A DNA stretch of 45,054 bases from a virus (lineage: Duplodnaviria; Caudoviricetes): positions 1 to 45,054 of the IMG/VR virus record IMGVR_UViG_3300017747_002686, one strand, 5' to 3'. The notes under the pieces are model-generated. The model searched no databases. It had not been told where the DNA came from and worked only from the letters and a program-made list of their open reading frames with translations. This document shows positions 9,801 through 18,729 of this stretch, piece by piece. A program made the translations under genes and the position numbers. Each line of letters begins with the position of its first letter. The stretch's first letter is position 1.

Positions 9801-11289
9801 GCTGCTGGCGCGCTTCCAGCGCAGCGGCGTGTTCGAGTCGGTGGACCATCACACGTTCTCAGCTGGTACCATCGGTGACATCAGCCGGGCAGGTGGTGGC
9901 GGGCGCTTCTCGAGCGCTGCGTCGAACACCCATCTGGCCCTACGGTCGGTTGGTATCGACGCGGGTATCCGCATGGAGAAGGCCTCGGCCTGGCTCCTGG
10001 CGCACAACCGCTTCAAGGTGATGAACCCCGGCAAGCCCATCGGCCCGGCTGAGGAGAAGCAGATCGCCAACTTCGCGGAGAACATGAGCAACAACCCGAA
10101 CGCCAGCGACGTGCTGCCGTTCCAGCGCGGTCTGGCTGGCTTCCTCACGCAGTTCATGTGGCAGCAGGTGAAGATGGTGGGCCGCATGGCTTCCGTCATT
10201 CCCGGCGCACCTCAGCAGGGCTTCACCAAGGCGGAGAACCGCAAGATGGCGGGCATCCTGTTCCTCACCTACGGCCTTCGTGGCTTCGGGATCGAGAGGT
10301 GGGCGCGTAGCCTGGCTGCCAGCCCGACGATGCAGGCCTTGCCGGAGCTGATCCGCGAGGAAGCAGTGCAGACGCTGACCGATGGCGTGGCCAACATGCT
10401 GGCGGACCAGTACCTGGGTGAGTGGGTCACAGATGACGCGGACACCAAGCCGACCAACCTGGCGATCACCGAGTCCTTCAGCCCTGCCTCGCACATCGGC
10501 GGCACCGTAGCGCTGCCTCTCAAGGTGGCCCAGGTGTTTGCCACCGGTGACTGGGAGATGCTGGCACAGGCCCGCTGGCAGGCGCCTGGACTGGGCGTAG
10601 CTAAGGCAATGGTCGAGACGCTGGACTTCGCTGCATCGGTCATCGGCGCACCGCCGCTGCCGAGCGAGGATAGCTCACGCATCAAGACGGCTGCCGTGGT
10701 CCGCAAGGTCATGCAGAAGTTCCCTGGACTAAGCAACGCCATGAAGATGGAGATGGGGCTCGAGTGGCGGCGGAAGTACAACACGGCGGGCGACCCGCTG
10801 GCTGAAGCCACCAAGCTGGAAGGTTACATGGCGTTCATCGGCGTGAAGAACCGGGAGGAGATGCTGGCCTATGAGCTGAGCACCGCCACATCCGGTCGGC
10901 AGATGACCGACGCGATGAAGACGCAGAGCATCCGTGACCTGGCATACGAGACCAGCCAGTGGATGTTCCCGCTTCTGGACGAGCTGGTCGAAGGCCGGGT
11001 GAACTACCAGGTGGCCCGTCAGTACATCGACGAGAACATCACCGTGCTGTCGGAGGGCCTACCCACCGAGCTGTACGCCGAGTATGGCAACGCGCTCAAG
11101 GCGCTGGTTGACAAGCGCGGTGAGTCACGGTATGCTAAGGTGTTGGAGCGGGTGATGGAGCAGGCCGGAACGGGCCGGGCGCCGTACACCCAGGACTACA
11201 TCGAGTACCTGAAGAACCTGCCACTTGAGCCGGCAGCCAAAGAGGCCCTAGTTTCTGACATGAACCGCAAGCTGAACGGAGTGCAATAA
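6823..11289 (+). CDS. Large internal virion (DNA ejection) protein
   Basis: 1488 aa Ala-rich helical protein, SD AAGGAG, in ejectosome position; no enzyme motif recognised. Confidence 0.6.
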   Translation: MDITSILPTQGANPRDDLFAPPPKAPVSTEIDDMVELAIGIDPEARKTLANQALEKEVNAGLEDGTLDRPKVDALAARYNQEDEDDVLAGVVHGLADDGDSVKDITGDQIKANRRAVGQLAIQALEASRTDFANAGADAVAAPVTTFVTKVLPDIAGNVLSLSTSQRALSAMRSVFPEIGSRLGVGQSVTKMQELIAGMQPAEAQVKIDQLVQAARDQGNDGLWESDTQTQWITSILLGSLTDLAADPTAPISNKMNAAAAYLEMAGVPVAALRGAMAGFQAVKGVASITAPFRAAGLNAGSAAEVVSSTKAGAERMWELFTGRATGKVDPRFAPGTSSEDILDTLALPKLLKEATQDGPFIATALVPEATRATLAADPAWLFGAALVPRMNGTYAGAQLLDGGLTATVQVGTKAGRGFNSEAAAKAAATREFPGAPNVSVAQNGNSWFIEVSKTRQFGLSDINEAPNMTGRGYSWWRRFGKAASSGSDYANFSSNNAARTGEQVATAARDLTKPYWDLPAGSQRRVAAVLDEGDETKTLFDLKALREKGLRDKEIAGYFAVRKLAQVNRQIKNINLHHKWTAKGYRGVTLAGIGQTGIKPVTMTADESVTAAVMQMEGIPAASIRAWDGTAGVPTTLAAVAPNQRVVRLMSPGPGGEKFAIMDVRDMTKHTDLPLDFIPDVAGYLPRPYKYPAYVKAFDASGRATTLRPARSMAEAESLAVELKAGNPGQRVEAVIASELRVVSDEDELAELFDAGLLYNSTRGPSRLLDAVGGTRMPTVGDRIQSMMTDTAFRTGLARWSEVQKLAWHNRWGKLFEGRFNPGMNPAELVVKGNANAKDVAQARHEAMFINNTSGVGEVAKAGMLSESSSTVAEWFYRGAVKADEIASKLRGDKAGSKIGSDLRALADNIVGLDGRLLGNIKTVPYVMFLSGNPARQLPLQMSTIPMHFGVTGGTTYGIKGGFSRDITGILLNTVSPGAGEKWIKTMGGDPELLARFQRSGVFESVDHHTFSAGTIGDISRAGGGGRFSSAASNTHLALRSVGIDAGIRMEKASAWLLAHNRFKVMNPGKPIGPAEEKQIANFAENMSNNPNASDVLPFQRGLAGFLTQFMWQQVKMVGRMASVIPGAPQQGFTKAENRKMAGILFLTYGLRGFGIERWARSLAASPTMQALPELIREEAVQTLTDGVANMLADQYLGEWVTDDADTKPTNLAITESFSPASHIGGTVALPLKVAQVFATGDWEMLAQARWQAPGLGVAKAMVETLDFAASVIGAPPLPSEDSSRIKTAAVVRKVMQKFPGLSNAMKMEMGLEWRRKYNTAGDPLAEATKLEGYMAFIGVKNREEMLAYELSTATSGRQMTDAMKTQSIRDLAYETSQWMFPLLDELVEGRVNYQVARQYIDENITVLSEGLPTELYAEYGNALKALVDKRGESRYAKVLERVMEQAGTGRAPYTQDYIEYLKNLPLEPAAKEALVSDMNRKLNGVQ

Positions 11290-13151
11290 TGGTAGACCTG
11301 ACCCGCGTACAAGCCCCTGTCGTGCAGCCCACGACGGGGAGCAACCCGCTGGCCCCTGACGCTGGCTATGCCCGAGCTGCACAGGGCATCGCCGCTGGCG
11401 TGGACAACAGCCTGACCCAGAAGGCGGCGCGCGACAAGGCGTCCGCCATCAAGGAGGGCGACATCGCCCTTGGGCAGCAGGTGGGCGAGATCATCGCCAT
11501 GCAGGAGGGCTTCCTGGTTGAGGAGGCCGAAGCCCGCATGGCCCGCGAGGCTGGCGAGATGGCTGCCGCTGAGGGTGTGCAGCTGGGCGAGAGCGGCCAA
11601 GAGGTGCTGTCGCAGGCCGGCCGTCTCCGACGCAGTGGTGCCTACCTACAGGCGACCGGGCAGGCAGCCACCCGCAACCAGCTGGTCACCATGACCAAAC
11701 TGCGTGGGCTGGTGGCGCAGCGCCCTGACCTGGCCAAGGAGCTGGTGACGGTGACGAACGCGGTCAGCGCGGACATCAACGCCATCCTCAAGACCGAGCA
11801 GGACAATGCGAACAGCCTGGCGGCAGCGCAGCGTACCGCCGAGGTGAGCGCAGTGCGCGGCATCCTGGTGCAGGCCAACCTGTGGAACCCGGACATGTCG
11901 TACGAGGCCCAGGTGCAGTTGGCCAAGCAGGCGCAGCACTACAACTACGGCATCGCGCAGGACAAGGACCGCTTCACGGCGCTCGAGCAGAACGCCGGCG
12001 CGGATCGCCTTCGGTTTGAAGGCCAGCAGCGCGAGGTAGGCCGGATCGAGCTGGAGCTGAAGCGGGATGCACTCGAAGTGCTGAACAGCAGTTACCTGCC
12101 GAACACCACCCTGTCGATCAACGCCGAGGTGACGCAGCAGATGGGCGAGCCGGACGCCAACAAGCGCCTGACCAACCTGGAGCAGCTGCGTGCCAACCGC
12201 ATCGCAGACGCCCAGGCCACGCTGTCTCGGTTCCCCGACCAGCTGGCCAGCGCCATGTCGCAGATCAACGCGCAGTATGACCGCGCCATCCCTCGCCTGA
12301 GCGGCAAGCAGGAGGAGGACACGGTGACCACGGCCAACCGCGTGCAGACGGCGAACGCCTGGGCCACCCTGCTGGACCTGAACCCCGACCTGGCTCACCA
12401 GGAGGTGCTGGTGCAGAAGCTGGGACCGCTGATCGAGGTGGCCTTTGGCCGAGAGAAGACCAGCGAGATTCTGTCCAGCTCCATCATCCCCAAGCTGACC
12501 GCTTCGATGGGCCAGTCTGGTATCCTGGTGGATACACGCAGCGAGGAGCGCAAGCGCAGCGACCGCAAGGCCGGCATCCCCGACCCCGTGGCCAGCTCGA
12601 TTGCCGTCCTGCCTGGCCAGCGGCCGAAGGACGTACAGCCCCAGCAGAAGCGCCAGGCGGCGCGAGACGCGGCGGCGGTGCTGTCGGGTGCCTCACAGCC
12701 CGACGCGGCCGTGGTGACCCCGGAGATGCAGCCGTTGGCGGTTCAGACCGTGTTGTCTACGCTAGATGACCCGATCATGCAGTCGGATACCGCGGCGCAG
12801 AACCTGTTCGTCGGTCAGCTGGCCCGGCCGGAGACGGTCAACGCCTTCGCCGGCAACCCGAACGCCGGCCTGGCTCGAGACTCGGGGCTCAAGCACCACC
12901 GTCGCAACGAGCGGGACGTGATCGCAGCGCTGGAAGCGCAATATGGCGCCGGCATTGCCTCCCTCACCCGCATCCGCGTGCTGCCTGACGGCGTGGTGCA
13001 GGTGCTGCCGGCCGCTGGTAGCTCCATCCCACCGCACGTAGCAGGTCGAATCGAGGCTGAGATGAACAGCAACATCCGCGCTCTGGCGCACGTGAGTGGC
13101 GGTCAGGACTACCTGGCTGCGGCCCGCACCCTGCTGGGGAACGGGCAATGA
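11289..13151 (+). CDS. Internal virion protein
   Basis: 620 aa Ala/Gln-rich helical protein, TAATG coupling to upstream gene. Confidence 0.55.
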   Translation: MVDLTRVQAPVVQPTTGSNPLAPDAGYARAAQGIAAGVDNSLTQKAARDKASAIKEGDIALGQQVGEIIAMQEGFLVEEAEARMAREAGEMAAAEGVQLGESGQEVLSQAGRLRRSGAYLQATGQAATRNQLVTMTKLRGLVAQRPDLAKELVTVTNAVSADINAILKTEQDNANSLAAAQRTAEVSAVRGILVQANLWNPDMSYEAQVQLAKQAQHYNYGIAQDKDRFTALEQNAGADRLRFEGQQREVGRIELELKRDALEVLNSSYLPNTTLSINAEVTQQMGEPDANKRLTNLEQLRANRIADAQATLSRFPDQLASAMSQINAQYDRAIPRLSGKQEEDTVTTANRVQTANAWATLLDLNPDLAHQEVLVQKLGPLIEVAFGREKTSEILSSSIIPKLTASMGQSGILVDTRSEERKRSDRKAGIPDPVASSIAVLPGQRPKDVQPQQKRQAARDAAAVLSGASQPDAAVVTPEMQPLAVQTVLSTLDDPIMQSDTAAQNLFVGQLARPETVNAFAGNPNAGLARDSGLKHHRRNERDVIAALEAQYGAGIASLTRIRVLPDGVVQVLPAAGSSIPPHVAGRIEAEMNSNIRALAHVSGGQDYLAAARTLLGNGQ

Positions 13152-14401
13152 TGCCGGCCAGCCCGTTCTCGAAGCTGGTCGAATGGGTTGGCGAAGCGCC
13201 GGCTGCCGCGAAGTCTGCGGTGGCTGGGGCTGCTGCCAGTATGGACGCAGGAGATAAGGCCGCGCTGGCCCTCTCCACTGTCCCTGTAGTGGGCGACGTG
13301 GCTGGCGTGGCTAACGACGTGCGCAACTACATCACCGGCCGAGAGGAGACCACCCCGTTTAACGTAGGCATGACCCTGGCGGACGCGCTGATCCCGTTCG
13401 TCCCGAAGGGCACCATCCCGAACGCCTTGGGCATTATCGTCGGTCGCAAGTCGAAGAAGTGGGACCGCAGGGCCGAGGAGCGGGCGCAGATTCTTCTGGA
13501 CGATCTGAGCACAGGTGGCGGTATCAACCCGAACACCGGCAAGATCGACCCGGCTGACGCCCAGGCTATCTACGAGAAGCGCGGCATCTACTTCTCGGAC
13601 AAGGACCAGCCGATGTCTATGATCAGCGACAAGGACTCGAAGCTGGATGTCGGCAAGGTGGTGAACGGCGCGAAGATGAAGCTGTCTGAGCTGTTTGAGC
13701 ACCCTGAGCTGTACGACCACTACCCTGAGCTGCGTGACCTGGCCGTCCGAATCGTCCCCAAAGACTCGCGCTACCACGGCGCTGCCTGGTACGACCCGAA
13801 GGAGGGAATGCCGACCGCGTATGTGGAGATCGCGGAAGGGCACACCCCACGCTCCCTGAAGAACACGCTACTGCACGAGGTGAACCACATCATCCAAGGT
13901 GTGGAGAATTTCTCCCTGGGCTCAGCCCCTGGATCAGCGGACTCGATCAAGCGGTGGGTGAACAGCCTGCCTCCGGGTACCAAGACCGCACCGGTGAAGA
14001 ACGCCGGCCTGGACGTGTGGGAGGAATTCGAGCGGCTAGACGGTAACGCCCAGCTTGAAGACCTGTACGGCCTACGGGGCGCACGCGCCATCTCCCGTGA
14101 GATGCGGCAGGGGTATGCCACCGTGGATTCTGTGACCCAGCTGGAGGAATTCTCCCGCAACCTGGGCGCAGTGGGCGGCTTCCCGACACTGAAGAAGCGC
14201 ATCGACGCGGCCGTGGTCGAGGCGAAGAAGCTGCCGTTGGAGACAGACCACCAGATTTACGAGCGGATGGGTGGTGAGGCGCGGAGCCGGCAGGTGGAGG
14301 AAGTGTCTCACATCGGGTCAGACAAGATTCGCACCGTTGATATGAGCAAGATGCGCCGCACCAACGGCGATGAGCTTACCGAAGCGGACATCATCCCATG
14401 A
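13148..14401 (+). CDS. Polyvalent-protein-like zincin metallopeptidase, probably virion-delivered
   Basis: 417 aa; ISDKDSKL...KLSELFEHPELYDHYPEL and LLHEVNHIIQGVENF (HExxH) plus Y..MGGEARSR.VE; N-terminal PVVGDVAG...LIPFVP segment. Confidence 0.65.
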   Translation: MMPASPFSKLVEWVGEAPAAAKSAVAGAAASMDAGDKAALALSTVPVVGDVAGVANDVRNYITGREETTPFNVGMTLADALIPFVPKGTIPNALGIIVGRKSKKWDRRAEERAQILLDDLSTGGGINPNTGKIDPADAQAIYEKRGIYFSDKDQPMSMISDKDSKLDVGKVVNGAKMKLSELFEHPELYDHYPELRDLAVRIVPKDSRYHGAAWYDPKEGMPTAYVEIAEGHTPRSLKNTLLHEVNHIIQGVENFSLGSAPGSADSIKRWVNSLPPGTKTAPVKNAGLDVWEEFERLDGNAQLEDLYGLRGARAISREMRQGYATVDSVTQLEEFSRNLGAVGGFPTLKKRIDAAVVEAKKLPLETDHQIYERMGGEARSRQVEEVSHIGSDKIRTVDMSKMRRTNGDELTEADIIP

Positions 14402-15048
14402 GCACGTGGCCGGTCGAGTACCTGGCTGATACCGCCTTCGGCGAGCAGGACAACAGCGCTGATCTTGGCGCTGTTGCCTTCGGCGCACCCACCCGCAGCA
14501 ATGCAGGGTGGGCGGTGGAGTGGTCACAATCTGACGTAGCAACCATCACACAGGAGACACCCGTGAAGAACACCAGTGCAGAGTTCCGGCCCGCACTTGA
14601 GGGCCTGGCCAGCCGGCTGAACATCAAGCCTGAATGGCTCATCTCCGCTATCAACTTCGAGACAGGCGGCAGCTTCAGCCCCTCGGTACGCAACAAGGCG
14701 AGCGGCGCAACTGGCTTGATCCAATTCATGCCGACCACAGCCAAGGCGCTGGGCACCAGCACCGACGAGCTGGCGAAGATGACCGACGTACAGCAGCTGG
14801 AATATGTGGAGAAATACTTCCGTCAGTTCAACAAGCCGCTGCTCAACCTGGGAGACGTGTACTCCACCATCCTGTGGCCCAAGGCGGTTGGCAAACCGGA
14901 CGACTTCGTGTTGTTCAAGCAAGGCACGATGGCCTACCGCCAGAACAGCGGGCTCGATGTCGGCAAGAAAGGCTACGTCACGCGCGGTGACGCGGTCAGC
15001 TATGTGGAGAAGCGCGCGAAGGCAATGGAGGCGAGGAATGGACAGTAA
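14398..15048 (+). CDS. Lytic transglycosylase (SLT family)
   Basis: L...I.FETGGSFSPSVRN..SGATGLIQFMPTTA..LG: catalytic Glu and GLMQ-type motif. Confidence 0.9.
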   Translation: MSTWPVEYLADTAFGEQDNSADLGAVAFGAPTRSNAGWAVEWSQSDVATITQETPVKNTSAEFRPALEGLASRLNIKPEWLISAINFETGGSFSPSVRNKASGATGLIQFMPTTAKALGTSTDELAKMTDVQQLEYVEKYFRQFNKPLLNLGDVYSTILWPKAVGKPDDFVLFKQGTMAYRQNSGLDVGKKGYVTRGDAVSYVEKRAKAMEARNGQ

Positions 15049-15205
15049 CACAGCGAAGTGGGGATTGGTAGGCAAGCTATTCATGGGTCCGAAGGAACCG
15101 GAGCCGAGCAAGCCTGATGCCGCTGACGTGGGCAAGGCCGCTGGGAAGGGCCTGCACGGCGCGTCCGCAGCGCTGAAGGCAGCGCGCGAGAAGCGCAAGA
15201 AGTAG
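15038..15205 (+). CDS. Small basic hypothetical protein (55 aa)
   Basis: ATG with GAGG SD overlapping the SLT end; last gene before the terminator. Confidence 0.55.
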   Translation: MDSNTAKWGLVGKLFMGPKEPEPSKPDAADVGKAAGKGLHGASAALKAAREKRKK

Positions 15206-15210
15206 AACGC

Positions 15211-15253
15211 AAAAGAGCCCCGCTCTCCGATGTTCTGGAGGCGGGGCTTTGTT
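15211..15253. terminator. Bidirectional rho-independent terminator where the two arms converge
   Basis: AAAAGAGCCCCGC...GCGGGGCTTTGTT: GC stem with an A-tract on one side and T-rich tail on the other, between convergent genes. Confidence 0.85.
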
Positions 15254-15297
15254 GTGTCAGATGTACGTCACCACGATGACAAGGATCAGCAGCGTTA

Positions 15298-16206
15298 TCA
15301 CGTCATGTCCTCCAGGGTGCGGAAGCTGACGAACGTAGGGAAGCGAGGCGCATCCTTGGCGCCGTATGCGAAGTGCTTGTACGTCACCGTGAGGCCGGGA
15401 AGGTTGGATCGTTCAGCCCACAGCGAGCGTCGCTGCTCTGCCGTGAAACCAGACCCGATGCCGAAGACCACACCGTCCGGTCTCCGACACACAAGCGAAC
15501 CGAGCACGCCGGCAGGCACAAGACCAGCAGCAGCAGTGCTGCGCTCTGTGTGACCGCACTCGTTGCAGTGGGCCTCGTTCTCATTGCGCATCATCTCCTC
15601 GACGCCGATCACCTCGGCCTCATCTGTCTGGAACAGCTTGACCTTGATCAGGCCCTGCTCCTTCACCGTGCTGCGGCCCTGTTTGTACAGGCCGTTCGGA
15701 TCGCGGGTCATAATGCCCTCGTACCCTTCAGCGATGTACTGGTCCACTGCCGCCTTCAGCTCCTCCAGAGTGGAGATCATGCGGTGGGGAACCACGACGG
15801 TACGCATCCCTGGGCACTGGTACAGCTCCTCCACGCCGGCCAGTCTTCCTGCGAACGGATACTTAGGGAATTCTGTATCATCGAACACGTAGAAGGTGAA
15901 GTCCGGGGTGCCATCCTTCCGCATCACGCCGCTCATGGTGCGAGACATGACGCTCTCCTCTCCCGGCTTTTCAACAGGAGGGCCTACAATCAGCGCACCG
16001 TCAAGCCCTTCCAACTCAGGGCTGAACTCCTGTGCCCATTGCTGGATGTAGGCGTTAGGGATCGGCTTGAGGCTGCGGCTCAGTGCTACGCCGTCCTTGA
16101 TGATGCACCGCACGCCGTCCAGCTTGGGGCTAACCAGGCACGGCAGTTTGATCAGGCCCAGGTCGCCCTTGCAATCAGCGGCCAGCATCGGCTTGAACGT
16201 GCTCAC
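15298..16206 (-). CDS. ATP-dependent DNA ligase (motif III reads DGA instead of DGE)
   Basis: Motif I SPKLDGVR, FYVFD, motif IV GYEGIM, motif V LIKVK, C-terminal IGSGF and PRFPTF. Confidence 0.9.
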   Translation of the reverse strand: MSTFKPMLAADCKGDLGLIKLPCLVSPKLDGVRCIIKDGVALSRSLKPIPNAYIQQWAQEFSPELEGLDGALIVGPPVEKPGEESVMSRTMSGVMRKDGTPDFTFYVFDDTEFPKYPFAGRLAGVEELYQCPGMRTVVVPHRMISTLEELKAAVDQYIAEGYEGIMTRDPNGLYKQGRSTVKEQGLIKVKLFQTDEAEVIGVEEMMRNENEAHCNECGHTERSTAAAGLVPAGVLGSLVCRRPDGVVFGIGSGFTAEQRRSLWAERSNLPGLTVTYKHFAYGAKDAPRFPTFVSFRTLEDMT

Positions 16207-16406
16207 TTGAACGCCTCGATGTGCTTCACCAACTCGGCGGTCAGTGTTGGGTCGAGGTAGATGTCCACCGCGGGCTCCAGATACCCTTCGTCGGCGTGCT
16301 GTGAGCGACGTATCTGGATGGATGGGTGATTGTTACCGTACTTGCGGAGGGTCACGGTGACAAAGTGGTTGGCACCAAGGCCGTGGGTCTGGACAGCGTG
16401 GCTCAT
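16203..16406 (-). CDS. Hypothetical protein
   Basis: 67 aa ORF with 4-nt overlaps to both neighbours. Confidence 0.6.
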   Translation of the reverse strand: MSHAVQTHGLGANHFVTVTLRKYGNNHPSIQIRRSQHADEGYLEPAVDIYLDPTLTAELVKHIEAFK

Positions 16407-16609
16407 CGCTTACCTCGAATGGCGGACAGCTTCTGGGAATACTGCTTGCGTGCCTCGCTCAAGACGAGCGGCTGCACCAGCATGTTGAACGCGGCAGCGT
16501 CCTGCTTCAGCTGCCGCTCACCGGGTGCCACCGGGCTGAGCACCGCGACACGAAGTCGGATGGTCAGCTCGATGGTGTCCGTGTGCTCTAATACCGGGTC
16601 AGCTAACAC
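16403..16609 (-). CDS. Hypothetical protein
   Basis: 68 aa ORF filling the gap in a tightly packed operon. Confidence 0.5.
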   Translation of the reverse strand: MLADPVLEHTDTIELTIRLRVAVLSPVAPGERQLKQDAAAFNMLVQPLVLSEARKQYSQKLSAIRGKR

Positions 16610-17159
16610 GGATGAAGCGGCGACGGCTGAAGCCGTTGATGGCCGGGCACTCGGCTAGGACCACCGTCTCGTCCGACACCCGGATCACTGTGTACGGCAG
16701 GCCGGCCGTGAGGTTGAACTGCGAGCTTACGGTGGAGAAGGCTGTCTCAGATGTCACGGTCACCTTGTCACCGACACGGATGTCAGAGGCTGGCCGGTAT
16801 GCCGGCACCGGTGCTTGAGGCAGCGGCTTGACATCAGCATCCACAACCGGCGCCGGCTTGCGGTAGCGGTTGTCCTCACCCAGGCCCTGCTTCTGGTACG
16901 TGGTGAGGAAGGCCAGGCAGCACGCCGCATGGTCGAGGTGAGGTAGCCCGCTCTCCGGGTCGGTGTCCTCGCCATCGTTGAAGGCGGTGAGGTGGCGCAG
17001 CGCAGCGTCGATCAGACGGCTCCACTGCATACCGCCTCGCCAGTTGTGGGCGGCGTACTTCTTGGCGCCGAAGCCGAGCACGGCGGCGACACCTTCGATG
17101 GACTCACGGGGGATGAGGCTGATGGGCGCCTTGCCGGCGTCGGCTTTCACTGCTGACAT
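16599..17159 (-). CDS. dATP/dGTP diphosphohydrolase domain protein (DUF5664-like) with extra C-terminal beta-barrel
   Basis: K.D.GK.P.SL.P...V..VL.FGAKKY..HNW..G..WSR..DA..RHL.....GED.DPESGLPHL.HAAC signature. Confidence 0.85.
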   Translation of the reverse strand: MSAVKADAGKAPISLIPRESIEGVAAVLGFGAKKYAAHNWRGGMQWSRLIDAALRHLTAFNDGEDTDPESGLPHLDHAACCLAFLTTYQKQGLGEDNRYRKPAPVVDADVKPLPQAPVPAYRPASDIRVGDKVTVTSETAFSTVSSQFNLTAGLPYTVIRVSDETVVLAECPAINGFSRRRFIRVS

Positions 17160-17419
17160 GCTTGCTTCTCCTTACGCTTGAAGTGACGGTCGATGAGGAA
17201 CACAGACGTGCAGGCCCCAGATGCACCACCCAGGCCGATGGCCAGGGCGATGCTCATGGTGCTATCCACGATCAGGTTGATCATGTAGAAGTCGCTGATC
17301 GCCATCAACATCGAGACTGGCGGAATCCACGCATACCGCTTGTTGGTTACGCTGATCTGCTGCGTGGATCGCAGGCCAACGTACAGCATGCTGATGCTGA
17401 AGGCGATCAGGTAGTTCAC
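17147..17419 (-). CDS. Small membrane protein
   Basis: 90 aa with three hydrophobic segments. Confidence 0.65.
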   Translation of the reverse strand: MNYLIAFSISMLYVGLRSTQQISVTNKRYAWIPPVSMLMAISDFYMINLIVDSTMSIALAIGLGGASGACTSVFLIDRHFKRKEKQACQQ

Positions 17420-17580
17420 TCGGTGATTACCAGTCTCGTGTCGAACAGCGACTCGAACAGCGCCTTGAGCAGCAGCTCCGTGGCCTTGCTGCTAGCCGGG
17501 CTGACGCACTCGGTCGGGATGCCGTACGAGGTGGCGACCAGCTGGTTGAGGAACGGTCGGGTGAGGGTTACCTGCTTCAT
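17416..17580 (-). CDS. Hypothetical protein
   Basis: ATG overlapping upstream stop (ATGA). Confidence 0.5.
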   Translation of the reverse strand: MKQVTLTRPFLNQLVATSYGIPTECVSPASSKATELLLKALFESLFDTRLVITE

Positions 17581-18347
17581 GAGAACTTCGCCTTCACGTA
17601 GGACGTGCTGTACCACGCCGGTTCAAACTGCCCATCGTGGCACTCGTGCAACATGACCAGGCCGGACCACCAGTTCTGCTGCGTCGCCGCGGCATACTCG
17701 TGACCACCCTCGTCGTAGCAGCCGACGACCAGACCTTGCAGCTTCTGCCCGTCAGCACGGGTCATCTCGAAGAAGTCGCGCTGATGGCTGTGGCCTACGA
17801 CCACCGACATCATGCCCTTCAGGACGAGAGACCGAGCGTGGTTCACACCACCGGTGGGCTTGCCCATCGCACCGGACGGGAGGTAGTGCTGGAAGCACAC
17901 GCCGTCGATGATCAAGGGCTTGAGGAACGGGTGAACCTTCCACCCAGCCTGCTCGAAGCGGAGGTCGCTGATCTGCAACTTGCCGTGCAGCTCAGGCTGC
18001 AAGGTAGCGGCGCGGTCGATGCGGTTCTCGTGGTTGCCCAGCGTGATGTGGAACTCAGGCAGCTTGCGCTTCATTGCCTTGTAGGCGGCACGCACCGGGG
18101 TCATTGTGCGCTGCACAGCGTCAAGGCTGGCCACGATGTCTTCCTGGTAGCGTCGCCCCTCGGCGTTCTTGCTGCCCTTGTCGTAGCTGCACAGGCTGCC
18201 CATGTCGGCCCAGTCGCCAACGCTGATGACTACGTCTGGGCGCTTCTCAGCGATGAAGTTGCCGAGTGCATCGAAGCGGCTGTTGTCCTGGTCAGGACGA
18301 GCGTGTGCATCAGGTACTACTAGAATCTTGCGGCCGAGCTTGCTCAT
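17577..18347 (-). CDS. Calcineurin-like metallophosphoesterase
   Basis: PDAH, GDWAD, GNHE, QHY, GHSH motifs; SD AAGGA before ATG 18347. Confidence 0.9.
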   Translation of the reverse strand: MSKLGRKILVVPDAHARPDQDNSRFDALGNFIAEKRPDVVISVGDWADMGSLCSYDKGSKNAEGRRYQEDIVASLDAVQRTMTPVRAAYKAMKRKLPEFHITLGNHENRIDRAATLQPELHGKLQISDLRFEQAGWKVHPFLKPLIIDGVCFQHYLPSGAMGKPTGGVNHARSLVLKGMMSVVVGHSHQRDFFEMTRADGQKLQGLVVGCYDEGGHEYAAATQQNWWSGLVMLHECHDGQFEPAWYSTSYVKAKFS

Positions 18348-18729
18348 TGCGTTCCTTTTGTGTGATGACATGGTGACACTCGCGGCAGAGACAACGAAGC
18401 CCGTCCGCCTCGCACAGCATGCGGAGGATGAACGGGCCGGCGTCGTGTTCGATGTCAACCAGCGTGCCGCAGGGCACGATGTGGTCAACGTCGATGAACT
18501 TCTCAGGGAAGTAGTGCTGACAGATGGCGCACTGGAACACCCACTTGAGGCGGTTGCCCCACTGCTCCCTGTCTGCGGCTGTGACAGCCCGCCTTGCTCT
18601 GCGCTTACACTCGTAGATCGGCTTCCACCGCTGAGACATGCGCCGGAGGGAGGAGTGAATCCACCCCCTGAACGCAGCCTCAGTCATGGTACCGGCGTTA
18701 CGAGTGCGGGCTACGAGAACCCGTGGCAC
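18310..18729 (-). CDS. HNH endonuclease
   Basis: CAIC...DVDHIVP...LCRECH zinc-binding HNH pattern. Confidence 0.85.
   Translation of the reverse strand: MPRVLVARTRNAGTMTEAAFRGWIHSSLRRMSQRWKPIYECKRRARRAVTAADREQWGNRLKWVFQCAICQHYFPEKFIDVDHIVPCGTLVDIEHDAGPFILRMLCEADGLRCLCRECHHVITQKERNEQARPQDSSST

Noticed and set aside
16599-17159. 2-aminoadenine (Z) genome pathway suggested by the dATP/dGTP diphosphohydrolase
   Set aside because: No PurZ or HD-family dATPase recognised in this apparently complete genome
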